Under the pieces are notes generated by a model that had not been told where the DNA came from, did not search any database, and worked only from the letters and a program-made list of their open reading frames with translations. A DNA stretch of 64,000 nt from contig OX597820.1 of assembly GCA_951406725.2 (NCBI GenBank), positions 104,222,001 to 104,286,000 of the forward strand. Reading direction: 5' to 3'. Source of the DNA: Octopus vulgaris. Taxonomy: Eukaryota. This document shows positions 12,629-26,747 of this stretch, in pieces. Numbering within the stretch: position 1 is the stretch's first letter; the number at the start of each line of letters is the position of its first letter. Both the position numbers and the translations under genes were made by a program.

Positions 12629-13902
12629 TTGGGAAGCAACCTAAGGTAGAATGAATTCATTAGTCTTGCCAAGGACTGTGCAACCTCTCTTCTTTCGGTG
12701 TCACGATAAGATGCACTCAGTACTATTTACTGACAGGAATGACCTCCTGTAGTAGAAACCATGCTAAAGTAGAACATTCAAGTGAGGTATGGTCCCTGAC
12801 CTATAACCTTTCTGCACAGGTCAGGAACTGACTTAGTCAGTTTTTCCATACCAGCACGAAAAAGTCAAATTGGTGGCATTGTACTTAATCCAGTAAAGAA
12901 AATATCTAATTTTTTAATTACAGAAGTGTAACACCCACTATGAATTTGTTTCCTCATAACTTTCAGAAAAATATATATTCTAAATGAAATTTTCGGCAAA
13001 AACCTTTCAGATTGTGTTGATTCCAATTATATGAGAATTTGTGAAACATTTTTTTTTTCTTAGCAGAGAGATATAGAGAGAAATATTGTAAGCTACATTT
13101 GTAAGTATTTATAGAAAATTTCATTTAATACATACTGCAATGAGAAGAAAACAGCTCAAATGGCTAATGTTTTTTCATTTGAATTTGGCAAGTATGGTTG
13201 ATTACCCCAGACATGTTCTAACCTTATTGGACCTCATCAGTGAAGTTTAGTTTTCTCCATAGTTATCAAATTAGTGATAAGAGACTTCTTGTACAATAAA
13301 TTGCATGAGGAGGCATAAAAATGATCATGATGAATAGAAATCACATAGTGACCCCATCTGCATGAAAAACAACAGTCAACTTAATCATTAAAATATTATT
13401 TCCTTCTCCGCAAGGGTAGTGAACTAGCATACCAGACAAAATGCTTAGCTTCATCTCTCTCAGTTTTACATACTGAGTTCAAATTCCTCTGATGTCTTCT
13501 TTGCATTTTATCCTTTCAAGGTCAATAAAATAAGTACCAGTTGAGCACTGGGGTTGATGTGTTCAACTATTCTATAATTATATTCTTTATACATATTCTT
13601 TAATTCTTCCAGAATTAAAGGCCTTGTGCCCCTTGTAGAAAGAATTATTAATTAACTAGATTTTTGTCCTTCACTATATTAAGCATGATGGTACCAACTT
13701 GACTATTGTTTTTCTTCTAGATCAGGTATCTACATAATTTTCTATTAACACTAACTCAATGACAGTTTGCTTATCAAGCTACCCAGGGAGTTTTAATACA
13801 GTCGCTTAAACTGCAAGAAATAGCAGCCAAATTTCCTTCAAGTCATACCTTATTGTCTAATAAAAGAATGAACACATTGAATATTATAGTCCACTGTGTG
13901 TC

Positions 13903-13942
<40 letters not shown>

Positions 13943-14339
13943 CAATAGAGAGTAAGGCTTATAGGGTCAGCAAGAATCAGAATTAGACTTTGAATAAAAA
14001 AGATCAATAATTTCAGTGGAAAATATAACAGGCTTTGTACTTGAAAATATGTAGACGGATACATATACAGTAGCTGTGGCCTTAAACTTTCAGTGATGAC
14101 AGTTAAAATACTATTAAGTTGAAGTAATAACATATGACATGATTGCATGCCTTTGTGCTTGTTTATTTAAAGTTGAAGATCTCTATCACTGTCACAAGTT
14201 TCTCACTACTGCTGGCTTGGCTTGTTCAGACATGTATACAATCACAAGTGGTAGGCTCAATATAAATGTGGACTGATCAATCAGCTTGAATCATCATCGT
14301 CATCATTTTAACATCCGATGCTGCTGTAGCCCATCCCAG

Positions 14340-15385
14340 TGTCTCACGGGCCCACACCCTGGTGAGATTGTTGAGATGCTTGAACGGAGACGTCTAGATT
14401 TGAGCTGCATCCAAGAAGTAAGATAGAGAGGAAGTTCTGCTAGGTTCCTCATAGGCAAAGAACATATGTATAAGATTTTCTGAGTAGGGAACACTGATGG
14501 GGTTGGGGGTGTGGGTATACTTCTTGCAGAGAAATGGGTTGATAAGGTAATCAAGGTAGTGAGAATCTGTGATAGAATACCTAAGATTAGATTAGTGCTG
14601 CAACATGGATTAGCAACCATTATCTCAGCCTATGCTCCTCAGCTAGGGCTACCTGATGAACACAAAGACCAATTTTATGACACCCTCTTGACGAATGACA
14701 GGGTCCTTCGTGACTGGCAATTTCAATGGGCATGTTGGACAACATGCAGGGGGCTTCCATGGCATACATGGAGGCTATGGTTTTGGTTCCTGTAATGAAG
14801 AGGGAACAAGGCTGCTGGAGTTTTGCGATGCAAATGATCTTATGGTTTGTAATACTAACTTCAGGAGACCTGCTAGTCACCTATTCACCTACCGATCTAG
14901 TGAACACACTAGCCAAATTGATTACATCCTCACCAGGAAATGGGAAAGATGGCTACTTATAAATGCCAAAAACCTTCCTAAGTGAAGAATGCACCCCACA
15001 AGACTAGTAGTTAGCAACTTCAGGACCAGGGCTAGATGGAGAAGAAGGGTCTGGAAGTTTAAAGATCCTGCCAATGGACAGAGATTTAGAGACATATCAC
15101 TCAAAGCTTTTGACAAAATAGAGGAGGATGTAGGCTCACATGATGTAGATGACATCTGGAGGTTTCTACAGGACAATCTGTTGAGGGTTAGTAACCAGAT
15201 CTGTGGATGGTGCAAAGTCCCATCTCGACCCAAGGTAACATGGTGGTGGAACAATGTAGTTGACAGAGCCATTAGGAAAAAGAAACAGGCATGGTGGTAG
15301 CAGGGAATTGTATCAGACTGCCAGAAGGGAAGCAATTAAGAAAAAAATTTGCCAGTGTTTTGTGAGGACCAAAGACTTGAGGTAT
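14340..15385 (+). pseudogene. RTE-clade LINE, APE endonuclease region, decayed
   Basis: CIQEVR, GVGILL, ISAYAPQ, GNFNGHVG, GYGFGSCNEEGTRLLEFC, NTNF, SQIDYIL, TWWWN motifs with stops and frameshifts. Confidence 0.92.
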
Positions 15386-15552
15386 TTGTGGGGTACATTC
15401 TTCACCTGGGAAGGTTTTGGCATTTATAAGAAGCCATCTTTCCCTTTTTCTGGTGAGGACGTAGTCAATTTGGCTGGTGTGTCTGCCAGAACGGTAGGTG
15501 ACTAGGCAACTGGCAGGTTTTCTGATGTTAGTATTTCAAACCATTATATATA

Positions 15553-15850
15553 TCGTCGTCATCATCATCATCATCGTTTAACGTCCGCTTTCCATGCTAG
15601 CATGGGTAGGATGATTTGACTGAGGTCTGGTGAACCAGATGGCTGCTCCAGACTCCAATCTGATCTGGCAGATTTTCTACAGCTGGATGCCCTCCCTAAC
15701 GCCAACCACTCCGAGAGTGTAGTGGGTGCTTTTACATGCCACCGGCATGAGGGCCAGTCAGGCGGTACTGGCAGCGGCCAAACACAAATGGTGCTTTTTA
15801 TGTGCCACCTGCACAGGAGCCAGTCCAGTGGCACTGGCAACAACCTTGCT
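15553..15850 (-). mobile_element. LINE/SINE 3' tail module ending in (GAT)n
   Basis: Reverse complement of the gcatggaaagcggacgttaaacgatgatgat tail also seen at 29910-30308 and 32700-33203. Confidence 0.85.
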
Positions 15851-15853
15851 TGA

Positions 15854-15900
<47 letters not shown>

Positions 15901-16091
15901 GTAACAGTAATGGTAAGACAACAAAATAATGAAAGCGACCTCGATATTATGTAAATAGAGAAATTTATTTGTAATATAATATGTGACAATTATTCAGTTG
16001 TGATAATAAAACTCCAAGTGCAGGTTTCCACCCCGACATCCAAAACTCGGAGTTTTATTATGGCAACCGAATATTTGTCACATATTATATT

Positions 16092-16132
<41 letters not shown>

Positions 16133-16469
16133 ATCCATACCAGCATGGAAAGCAGACATTAAATGATGATGCTGACATACATTTATATATATTATTATAC
16201 ATATATATATATATATATATTATTATTAATTCTAAAGGTTACAATACATGTATCAAAGCACTACTAATAGCCTCATATGTTGACAAACTAAAGAAATTGA
16301 ATAATGGAAGAAACACGAGAAAACAGACTGCAGCATATAGAAAATGCAGACAGTAAACAGCATAAAATGAAAAACTGAAATTAAAATGTAAAAAATAAAA
16401 AGTAAAAGAGTTATCCTCCTTATACCTTAAATGGTAAGCAGGAAAGATATCAAGTCGGTCAGGAATAGG

Positions 16470-16975
16470 CAGAATTTTCCAATTCTTCAGAAAATATTTA
16501 TACAAATGCATGCAACCTCTGAAAATTTCTGACCTAGAGTTCAATAGAGATTTAGGAATCTTAGATCTGAACAGGATCTGTGCTCTTTCAGCCAAACAAA
16601 GTCTACATTTATTCAATCCAGTCACATAAGGTGTGGTTTTCTCAATTACTTCCCATTTAATTACATATGTTGTTTCATTATCTTTCAAAGTCTATATGTA
16701 GCAAGCCAACTTAGTAGCTTTACTTTTGTCCCTATGTCGGAAGGAGACTATGTGATTGGCATAGTGATTTTTAAATTCTCCTTCGCATATTCCAATATAG
16801 GTCTATTATTTATGGTTGCAGTAACTACTGCCTCATATATGATAGATTTACTCATACATCGTTGATCAAGTGGACAGGATCCTGGGTCATGACAATTGCA
16901 ACTGGATTCAGGCTCTTGGTATTGACCAAGTGTAATGATACTCTTCATACTGGGCAGCAGCTATATGATAATTTC
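16470..16975 (-). pseudogene. Penelope-like element GIY-YIG endonuclease (3' end)
   Basis: CNCHDPGSCPLDQRCMSKSIIYEAVV, then after a frameshift YIGICEGEFKNHYANH..SF, KWEVIE..PY, CRLCLAE, LNSRSE, CMH. Confidence 0.88.
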
Positions 16976-17240
16976 ACAGATACAGTCCTTTAGACTTAGG
17001 TATAAAGCCAGCAGTATTTCATTATCTATGAAAATCTGTAAACTCAAAGATAGTAATATTGAATTCAGCCTAAAATGGAATATAGTCTGTAGAGCTCAGC
17101 CATACAAAAAATAGCCAGTGTGGATGTAAACCATGGAGATGTATGAAATATTTAAATATAGGGATAAATAAAACCTAATTAATAATAAATTAGAGTGTCA
17201 TGTATTTATAAGATTACCCATACCTTTAAATACTTTAGAA
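16976..17240 (+). pseudogene. Second, more decayed PLE endonuclease 3' fragment, head-to-head with the first
   Basis: Translates as QSFRLRYKASSISLSMKICKLKDSNIEFSLKWNIVCRAQPYK...NLINNKLE, collinear with the same domain. Confidence 0.65.
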
Positions 17241-18391
17241 ACAGGTAATAATAAGTATACCATACTATAATTTGGTAGTATGAGTTATCTGGGCTGTTAT
17301 ATCATTCATAGCCTACCCTCTATTATCTTGAAATTTATTTAGTATTGCTTTCTAATAACTCTTAACCCCTTTGATCAATGAACTTTCAGAAATAATATTA
17401 TATGTTTACCCCTTCAGTATTTGGATTCTCTTCCCTCAGTCAGTATAACATATAAATTTTACAATGGATTACCAAATCTTGCACCTCCACTAAGTATAAG
17501 GTACACCAACTAAGATCTGTTATTATTCTACCTAGATCAGTATCTTTGATGTACTTTAGAAATATTTTATAAACCCATTTCCAAAGGTATCTTTATTTCT
17601 TGTTTCCATTAATATTTGATACATGTATTTTTATTTTACATAAATGACAGGCTTCTTTCAGATTCCAGCTACCAAATCCACTCGCAAAGATTTGGTCGGC
17701 CCAATGGTGTAGTAGAAGACATTTACCCTAGGTGCCACGCAATGGGACTGAACCCAAAACCATGTGGTTGGGAAGCAAGCTTCTTACCACACATCTACTC
17801 TTGCACCTACATATATATGTGTATGCATAGATATATATATATATATTGACATACACATACAATATGAACAGTTGATTCACCTACAGCTTCACAAATGCTT
17901 TTGCAAGTTTTTCCATTTTTTCCATTTTTTTAATAAAGGAAAGCTTTGCAATGCAAATATGAAATTTATGGTTATCCACTTCAAATGTCAATAAAGGGTA
18001 ACTGGAATGGAAGTTAAATCTATTTCTAGTCTAGAACGAAGATGAGATGCATTACCACTTCAAACAAAGCCAAAGTTTTAACTGTGTTACATTTCAGGTG
18101 TGTTCAATGAAGTGTTAAAAGATTTAGCATGATAATGCTCAAAACTTTCCAGACAACCTACTAGAAATACCATACTATGTACTAATGCAAACTATGGATA
18201 CATAGTTACTGGTTCGAGTGAGGAATAATATTGATTTCTTTTGTAAACACAAGCCACAAATTTGGGAACAGAGTGAAAAGAATGATGGGGAAACTTGAAT
18301 TTGGTGAGATTTTGAGCAATTCTTCTAATCTTACATAGAAAGAAATAATATTAGATGAGGAATATTAATAATTTAGTTGAAGCGTTGCAGT

Positions 18392-19080
18392 TCAGAGATT
18401 AATTACCTCTGTTAGTAAGAAAAGATTTCTCTCTCAGAATGAAAGACAAAGTGTATGATGCTTGTTTATGAATGACAATGCTAATGGCAGTGAAACGTGA
18501 GCCTGGAATGTAGAGGATTTACAAAACTAAGAAAGAAATGAAGCTAATATGTTCAGCTGGATGTGCAACAACTCTATGCATAACATATAAATATGCTGAG
18601 AGAAAAAGTGGGCATAAGAGATATGTGATGGGTATGGATGAGAATAGCTATGTGTAGAAGTGCTGATTGCTTAAAATGGATGGACTTCATGGAAGAGGGA
18701 GACCCAGAAAAACGTGATGAAGTGGTGAAAGTTGATCACAAGATTTTCAGTCACATGGAGATGATAAATTATCAAAATGTCTGGTGATATGCTGTGCCTG
18801 ACCCACCCATCACAATGAAACTGAGGTTCTGGAAGCATAATGTGAATACACACAACTAAGAACGTAACCCAATTTGCAAGTCATTTGGCAAGTGTCTTCT
18901 ACTAAAGCTTTGGGCTTTGCAGGTGGATTTATGTTCCATCATGGGGAAATATTATCTTGTTTGGAAATGGGTGAAGATTGGTGACAGGAAGGCTATTGAG
19001 CTGTTGAAAACCTGCCTCAATGAATTCCATCTGACCCATGTAATCATGGAAAAGTGGATGCAAAAAACAAGGGTGTAAAT
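18392..19080 (+). pseudogene. Decayed RTE LINE 3' end plus tail
   Basis: FR.LLPLLV.K.FSLRMKDKVYDAC and GSET* motifs, RGRPRKT* remnant, degenerate tail. Confidence 0.7.
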
Positions 19081-22000
19081 GATCATCCTAATCCTAAATA
19101 CAGAGTGAAGAAAACAAAGAAAAACAAATCATTATAAATCCATATAAAGGATATATTGATAGGAATTTTACTACCAGTTTCTGATCACAGTTACTTGGTG
19201 AAAATAACAAAGTTAGTTTAGATATTTAGAGATAAATAAATCTGTACAGTTGTTGGTCCAAGTAAGGAATAAAACTGATTTCTTTTGTAGGCACAAGCAA
19301 CAAATTTAGGAGTGGAGTGAAAAGAATGATGAAGGGAAAATTTAAATATGGTGAGATTTTGAGCTATTCTTCCAATCTCACAAAGAAATAATATTAGATT
19401 AGGAATGTTGATAATTTAGCTGAAGCTTCACAATTCTTTTGCCTAGGAGAAAAGCCAATTTCTGTCTAAGAGAGGACACCTTGGAAAATAGAGTCCACTA
19501 GATGAGAAAAAAAAAAGGAACACATAAAAGACAGAATAGTGACGACTGGAATGCTTTTGACTGTAGTTCTCAGCCAGGACCAATCAGTGGATAAGCAACA
19601 ATAGAAGTTACTTTAGCTTTCTGATAGTTACCAAACTGGTTGAGATAATATGAACATCATGGTCAAAGTCCTATTTTGAACTTATTGCATGTTAATCACA
19701 AAACTTATTTACCATGCATATTTTCATCATACCTACTTATAATCAAACTAATGAGTGGATCTTCTGTATGGTCACTTGGGGTGCTAGAAATAGAAGCCAA
19801 TTGTTCTCCAAATTGCATGCTATTCTTGAAAAAGGATAAGTGTATTGGATAATGTAATTCTTTAGATGCAAAGTCAAAGATAAGGTTGTGATGATCATAG
19901 ATCTTCTCTGTCAAAGTTGACCTCGGGTTTAACATCAACCTACAGAATAAAGTAAACTTTATAGTATATTGAGCCAGTATACTATAAGAGTTCTGCCAAG
20001 GGCACTGACTAGCAGTAGCAGTAGTAGCTGGCTATAAATCATCAAGTCTTCTAGCAAATATTCTGAGGGTTTGCCAACTCAGTGTTTTTTCCCATTAAAT
20101 ACTCTTACTCTTTTACTTGTTTCAGTCATTTGAGTGCGGTCAAATCGACCCCAGGACTTATTCTTTGTAAGCCCAGTACTTATTCTATCGGTCTCTTTTG
20201 CCGAACCGCTAAATGACGGGGGACGTAAACACACCAGCATCGATTGTCAAGCAATGCTAGGGGGACAAACACATACATATATATATATATATACGTATAT
20301 ACGACAGGCTTCTTTCAGTTTCCGTCTGCCAAATCCACTCACAAGGCATTTAAAGGCACCAGAATTTTGTATGGTATTATCCATATAAATGAAATGGGGT
20401 GGAAAATTTTATATGTGGCTGAAGATTGCTCGACATTTTAAAACTGATGTAATAGTGTTTAATAAAATGAAGTAGCATGAAACAACTGTACTACTCTACC
20501 TTGGATATCCTTTTTGCTTATTTTGATTATATATATATATATATATGAGCTGAGTATTCCATTGTTACCTGGCAAATTTTACAATAGAATGCCTTTATTT
20601 CAATTTTTACTTTTTGGCTCCATGTCAGACCATGATAAGCCTCTTAATCAGGACAGATTTCTGGATTATTTGGGGCAATTTATAATGTATTGATAAATTA
20701 ATTTTTGTTGTTCCATTTGGTGCATAGATGAAAAAACTTTTCTTAGCTGCTGCTGGTTTGTGAGTCTTTTGACTGTCGCCCTAATGAAACTCCTTACACA
20801 CACATTCATCATGAGCGATCTCTCTCTATCTCAATAGCCACGAAACACGTGTCGTTATGCTACCAAATATATATTTTTATTATTATTTTGCAATTTACTT
20901 AATCATCGGTACATTATTGTTATTTTAATATTTCTATTATATGTAATTTTCTAGATGGAGTAATTTAATTGTTCATTTTGAATTGATAAAAGGTGTTTTT
21001 TTCCTAATTTTTATATATATATATATATACATATATATACACATATATACATACATATTTACATATACGCATATATATACATATATATACATATACATAC
21101 ATACACATACACATATATACATACATATACAGACATACATACACATACATACATACACATATATATACATACATACACATACATACATACATACACACAC
21201 AGACACACACATGAGAGAGAATGTAATAAATATAAATATAGAGGGGGAAGTTTACAATGAGAAAAGTGTAAATGAAAGAGATAGACAAATAGGGAGAAAG
21301 AGAGTAACATCTTTTCTGTTGCTGTCACAGATTTTAAAATTTTAAAATTTTGTATATTGATGTACTTTTTCATGCTGAATCCGATTTTGTGATTCATTTA
21401 TTCCAGAAAAATTTTTAGAAAAATGTTACAGAGGTTAAAAGTTTGATAATTTTTACTCGATCAGAAAAACAGGATTTGGAAGCCAGCATTTTCTGTGTGA
21501 TTGCTGGCTATCATAAAATGGAAGTAAACGTTACAACTATGAAGTTTTAAACAAAATGAAAGCAATCATATGTCCTATCACAAGTGAGTGGTGGGGGGAG
21601 TATGCATGAGAGATATACATATACAGAGAGAGATAAAGAGTTTGGTAAATATATGAGAGGGAAAAGGCATAAGAGAGAGCCTAATACAAAGGGTGGTAGA
21701 TTTGTCGATCTAAAAGTTGAGCTATTTCTCATAGCAAATTAATTTTTTTTTTATTAATTACAATTGGAAACCTTGTTAAGACAGATTTCAAAACTTAAAT
21801 CCGTTTTTCTTGAAGACACACTATTTCGGAGCCTTTCTGTGACATATTCACATACATACACTCATTTATAAAGCAGATATATGGATGTATGTATGTTACT
21901 GTTTCCTTGTCTTGACTTCAGATGATGGTTACAAATGAATGTCACCATCTTACAATCAGTGTCCTTCATTCTCAGTCTTCTGTGAAAACATGTCTGGTTC

Positions 22001-24880
22001 AGGAGAAATATTACCTTACTTGCAAAGGGTTGGTGACAGGAAGGGCATCTGGCCATAGAAAATCTGCCTCAACAAAATTCTCTCTGACCTATATGAGCAT
22101 GGAAAAATGGATGATGTCATTTTAAAGAGTGATAGTTTAGAAATGCATCTGAGATTATTATAGATAGAAATTAAAACTGAATCCAACAAACTCAAAAACA
22201 CAACAGAAACTGATGCAGAAAAAAAGAAAGACAATCTTTTTTCTGTTTTTAACCCTTTTGCTACCAACCCAGCCGAGACTATTATTGGTTCTCTGATATA
22301 CACTGCCTGTTTCCAAATGATTATAAATTAAAAGCTTACATCAAATTTTCATGTTAATTCATTTAATGTTCCAAATACTACTTTAATATTAAGTTAGTTT
22401 ACCAAATTCTTTATTATTTTCACGACTGAAACAAAGGCAGTGTATTTCAATAGAAATATGGTAGCAAAAGGGTTAAATTAATAAATAAAAATAATAACAA
22501 AGATCAAGAGTAGATGCATTGATGTAAACTTTATCTTGAAAGTCTGGAATCTGGTGCAGCATTTGTCCTTAATGTTTCCATCAGGTGATCAAAACATACA
22601 GCATGAAAATAAGCCATTCTAATAGAATCTATGACTGGGTTCTAATTCAAAACAGTCCTATCTATTTATGCTGGAGTAGAGAACACATGGTTATGATTTC
22701 AAGCCCTACTGTTGCTACTAACTGCTATTACTGCTACTAATCAGTTTTATTGAAATGCTATTGCACAAATATTTTTTTTTCCTAATTTAGGCACCAGGCC
22801 ACATAGTTGAAAGCAGAATATAGTCAACTAGATCAACTCTCACAATATTTGACTAGTACCTGTTCTCCTAATCACAAAGAATGAAAGGCAAAGTTAAACC
22901 TGGCAGGATATTTAAAAACAATGTAAATGGACATTAAATAGCACAATGCTTTAAGTTCATTGCTCTACCAGTTCTGCCAGTCCTTCATAATAACAACTAC
23001 AATCAGTACCTTGTCACACAAGGTTGCCAAAACTCCCCTTGACTGACAAAACAGCCAACAGGAGAGCCTTTACACAGTCATTCAGCCTGGTTGTCACAGC
23101 AACCAAATATCTCTTATATCACATATTGCCATTTTAAAGAAAGGATGAGTCTGCAAAAAAAAAAATATATAGATAATGAAATAAATAAAACCCCAAAAAA
23201 TGAGACAGTCATGGCTGGAACATCTTTGAATCTAGGTCTGACTAGGGTCTAAACAGCAATAACCTACTTCATTACTGAATGGTTAGAATGAGGTAGGATA
23301 CAAGAAATATTAAAAACTATTACAGTCTTATCTCATGTGATTATTATTTCAGCTATTTTCAACTCTCTCCTATAAACATGTTTTCTTTTGAATTTGGACA
23401 CTGTGCCTAAGAGCTCTTTGATAAACTGTAATAATTTCAACAAAACAGTTGATACCCAAACAGGGTTCTTTTTTATGTTGAATAAAATAGCTGGAGTATC
23501 GTAACAGATACATGTAAGGTAAATACTAATGTAGGAAAATAGAAAAGAGTGATGTCTAGAAGAAAAGTGATGCTGTAGAGTGTATAAAATGACAATGAGA
23601 CAGTGCACAAAGGCGGAAACAGTGTGGTAATATTATATACAGGGACTGAAACAGTAAGGTTTAAGAAGACTAGGGCAGCAGTAATATACAAGGAGACAGT
23701 GAGATAATAGTAGTGCATAGTTAGACAGTTTAGTGACACAGTAATGTTTCCAAGCCAGTACTATATATGTAAACAATGATAGTTATGTATGAGAAGCTAA
23801 AAGGAGAATGAATTGTCTTTTTGGGGCCTGAATCAAGCACAAACTGTATCATATATAGAGACTGTTGAAGACCATAACCATCCAACATTTGGACACCACC
23901 AGTGGTCTTTTTTTCAAGTTTAGGGGCTTCAGTGCTTAACACACTACTCCAGATTTAAGGACACAAGTGGAGGAAACACTGTGACAAGTGTTTGCCAAAA
24001 GCTGAAATGTTTATAACAATAACAATAATAAAAATGATTATAACAATATCAATAATAATAATCATATAATAATAATAATAATAATGATAATTGTTTCTAA
24101 CAGGCACAAGGCCAGAAATTTTAGGGAAAAGGGTTAGTCAATTAAATCTACCCCAGTACTTGACTGGTACTTTATTTTGTTGACCAGGAAGGACAAAAGA
24201 TAAAATCATTCTTGGTGGAATTTAAACTCAGAATGGAAAGAGCTGTGACTAAATACCACAATGCATAATGTTTGATGCTCCAAAAATTCTGTCATTACAA
24301 TAATAATAATAATAAAAACAGTAATTTCTAAAAATGGTACAAAAGCCAGAAATGTTTTGAGAGGGTATTCATTTGATCAATTTTGGCCTTAGTATGTAAG
24401 TGGTACTTATTTTAAGAGTGAAAAATAAAAGTTCAACTTGGCAAGACTTGAACTCAGAATGTAAAGAGATGTAACTAAATATTATAAGGCATTTAATCTA
24501 TCATTCTATGTTTCTGCCATCCATTGCCATTTGGTGTCCAATTGATATCTTTGTGTTTCAAAAGGAATATTATTAATATAATAATACTAATTGGGCCATG
24601 ATTTAGAAACTGCTTGCAGTAGACAAGTGAGATAGCTGTCAAATGAATATTTCATAGAGATAATAATACATCTGAAGAACAAACATACTTTGTAAAGTAC
24701 TATGTGATACCAGTAGAAAAAAAAAGTGTAAAATAAGTATTTTGTAAAGACTGATATATCTGTAGTACTAATACTTTGTAAAATCAATGTCATATCAACA
24801 GAATAAAGTACTTTGTAAATAAGTGATATTTTGTAAAGAATATCTTGAAGTGGTTGTTGAATAATCTAAGGAGAATAATA

Positions 24881-25771
24881 TCAATGTAATGAAGTGGACG
24901 AACGAGCTGGTATATCATCTGCCTCATCAGTTTTACAATTGTCATTTGAATCACAGATTAGAGGCAAACGGTCCAAGAAAGTTAATAAAATCTCAATATA
25001 TTCTTCAGGATATTTCTGCAAGTGGCTAACATGTTTGGTATCATTCCAAGACTTGTAAAGGACAGGAATTCCATCATTTTCCCACAAAGATATAGTACTC
25101 TCAATCACTTCAGGGTTTGCAATAGAATCTTTATATGAATATAATAACAGAGTAGGAATCCTTCGTGCATTTTGTATGAAAGCCTGGTTGGCTTTAGAAA
25201 AATGGTCAGACACAGATTTTTTGAAGATTTTCAAGTATTGGTTTAATAGATGGAAGATTAGTCTCTGAGAAAAATAATTTTTTCCAATATTTACTGACAT
25301 ACCATATGCCACTCGATCTTTATCTACTGGACTGTCAAAAACCTGACCAACAATACGTTTACCGAGAGCTGCAAGTTTCTTTGGTTCTTTATCCATTTTC
25401 ACAAGCATTTCCCCATAAATGTAACCACCCACTGAGAATCCATGCACAATAATAGGTTTATTTATATAGTCTTCTTTTTCTAAAATACCAAAAATCTTTT
25501 CAACAAAACCTTGTGCTCGACTAGGTACAAGAACTTGTAGAGGGTTTACAATGATCTGTAACACATCAAAGCCTTTACTGCAGTAAATGTTGCTGTATTT
25601 CGTCAGATGGTGACTGCGAGCAAACATCCAGCCAAGCATTAACACAAGAGGAGGCCCGGATCCTTGAGCAGTGTGGAATGCTAAAGGAACTTTGGATTTC
25701 TTAAATTCTATATTTGTGTCAACTTTGTAGCCAGATATGAAACTCACCAATGTAGGCCGACATAGAAGCAG
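24881..25771 (-). CDS. TMEM53: TMEM53/DUF829-family protein (alpha/beta-hydrolase fold), terminal coding exon
   Basis: Open 296-codon exon with family motifs PLVLMLGW...KYSNIY, HGFSVGG, FDSP, LLYSYKD and HVSHLQKYPEEY. It is preceded on the minus strand by the pyrimidine tract and acceptor ttgtttttctatttccag| (the ORF-track 'MFFYFQ' start is intronic). Stop TGA at 24881. Symbol denotes family membership, not proven orthology. Confidence 0.9.
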   Translation of the reverse strand: MLLCRPTLVSFISGYKVDTNIEFKKSKVPLAFHTAQGSGPPLVLMLGWMFARSHHLTKYSNIYCSKGFDVLQIIVNPLQVLVPSRAQGFVEKIFGILEKEDYINKPIIVHGFSVGGYIYGEMLVKMDKEPKKLAALGKRIVGQVFDSPVDKDRVAYGMSVNIGKNYFSQRLIFHLLNQYLKIFKKSVSDHFSKANQAFIQNARRIPTLLLYSYKDSIANPEVIESTISLWENDGIPVLYKSWNDTKHVSHLQKYPEEYIEILLTFLDRLPLICDSNDNCKTDEADDIPARSSTSLH

Positions 25772-25890
25772 CTGGAAATAGAAAAACAAAAGAGTACATA
25801 AGTAAATTTAGCATGTCATATCATAATATTCTTATTTTGACATATGATTAAGCAACAAAATCTTTATTAGTTATGACAATATATATATCT

Positions 25891-26194
25891 GTGGAGGTGC
25901 AATGGACTCGTGATTGAAAGATTGCAGTTTCAATTCCCAGACCGGGCGTTGTGAGTGTTTATTGAGCAAAAACACCTAAAAGCTCCACGAGGCCCCAGCA
26001 GTGGGGTTGAACCCTCTGTATTCTTTCACCACAACTTTCTCACACTCTGTGTCATGCTGAATCTCCCTGAGAACTATGTTAAGGGTACACTTGTCTGTGG
26101 AGTGCTTCAGCCACTTGCACATTAATTTCAGGAGCAGGCTGTTCCGTTGATCGGATTAACTGGAACCCTCATCATCATAACCAACAGAGTGCCA
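25891..26194 (+). mobile_element. Chimeric tRNA-derived SINE
   Basis: Head matches 41903-42075; tail matches 41213-41365. Confidence 0.8.
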
Positions 26195-26466
26195 CGATAC
26201 ACAAACACACTATATAATATGTAAAATAATAGTTTTTAACAGCTGCACAAGTTCATAAATATGTGGAGAGGATCTCGTCAATTAAATTGATATCCATACT
26301 TGGCTGGCACTTTATTTTATTGACACCAGTGGAATTTTGAACTCTGAACATACATAGCCAGAACAAATAATACAAGGTATTTTGACTGTTACACTAACAA
26401 TTCTGCCAGTCTCTTCCACAAAAAATTTGGCTAGAACATCAAACAAAATGCTTAGCAGTATTCTTT

Positions 26467-26747
26467 TGATGAAGGTAACAAGCTAGCAGAACCATTAGCA
26501 TTGCTTATGTTCTAAGTTCAAATTCTGTCGGTCAACTTTGCTTTTCATACTTTTCAATATTATTGTTTGCCTTGTTGCATCACCAAACATTATCATTCTA
26601 TTTATATGTGAAATAAACGGCTTAGAAATCATAAAAAACATGACAAAAATGACAATAAAATATTTCATTGCACTAATTAATTACATCTTTTTAATCAAGA
26701 ACAGATTAGACAATGAAAACATATTCCCATTTCTTCCTCCTCCATTC
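26467..26747. repeat. Left arm of a ~280-bp inverted duplication
   Basis: Near-identical reverse complement of 28887-29163. Confidence 0.92.

Noticed and set aside
20781-20852. Hammerhead-like CTAATGA...GAAACACGTGTC
   Set aside because: Core mutated and no convincing stem I or II; at best a very old remnant.
25772-25789. ORF-track start MFFYFQ for the 302-aa ORF
   Set aside because: It is a TTG within the polypyrimidine tract and acceptor, so it is intronic.
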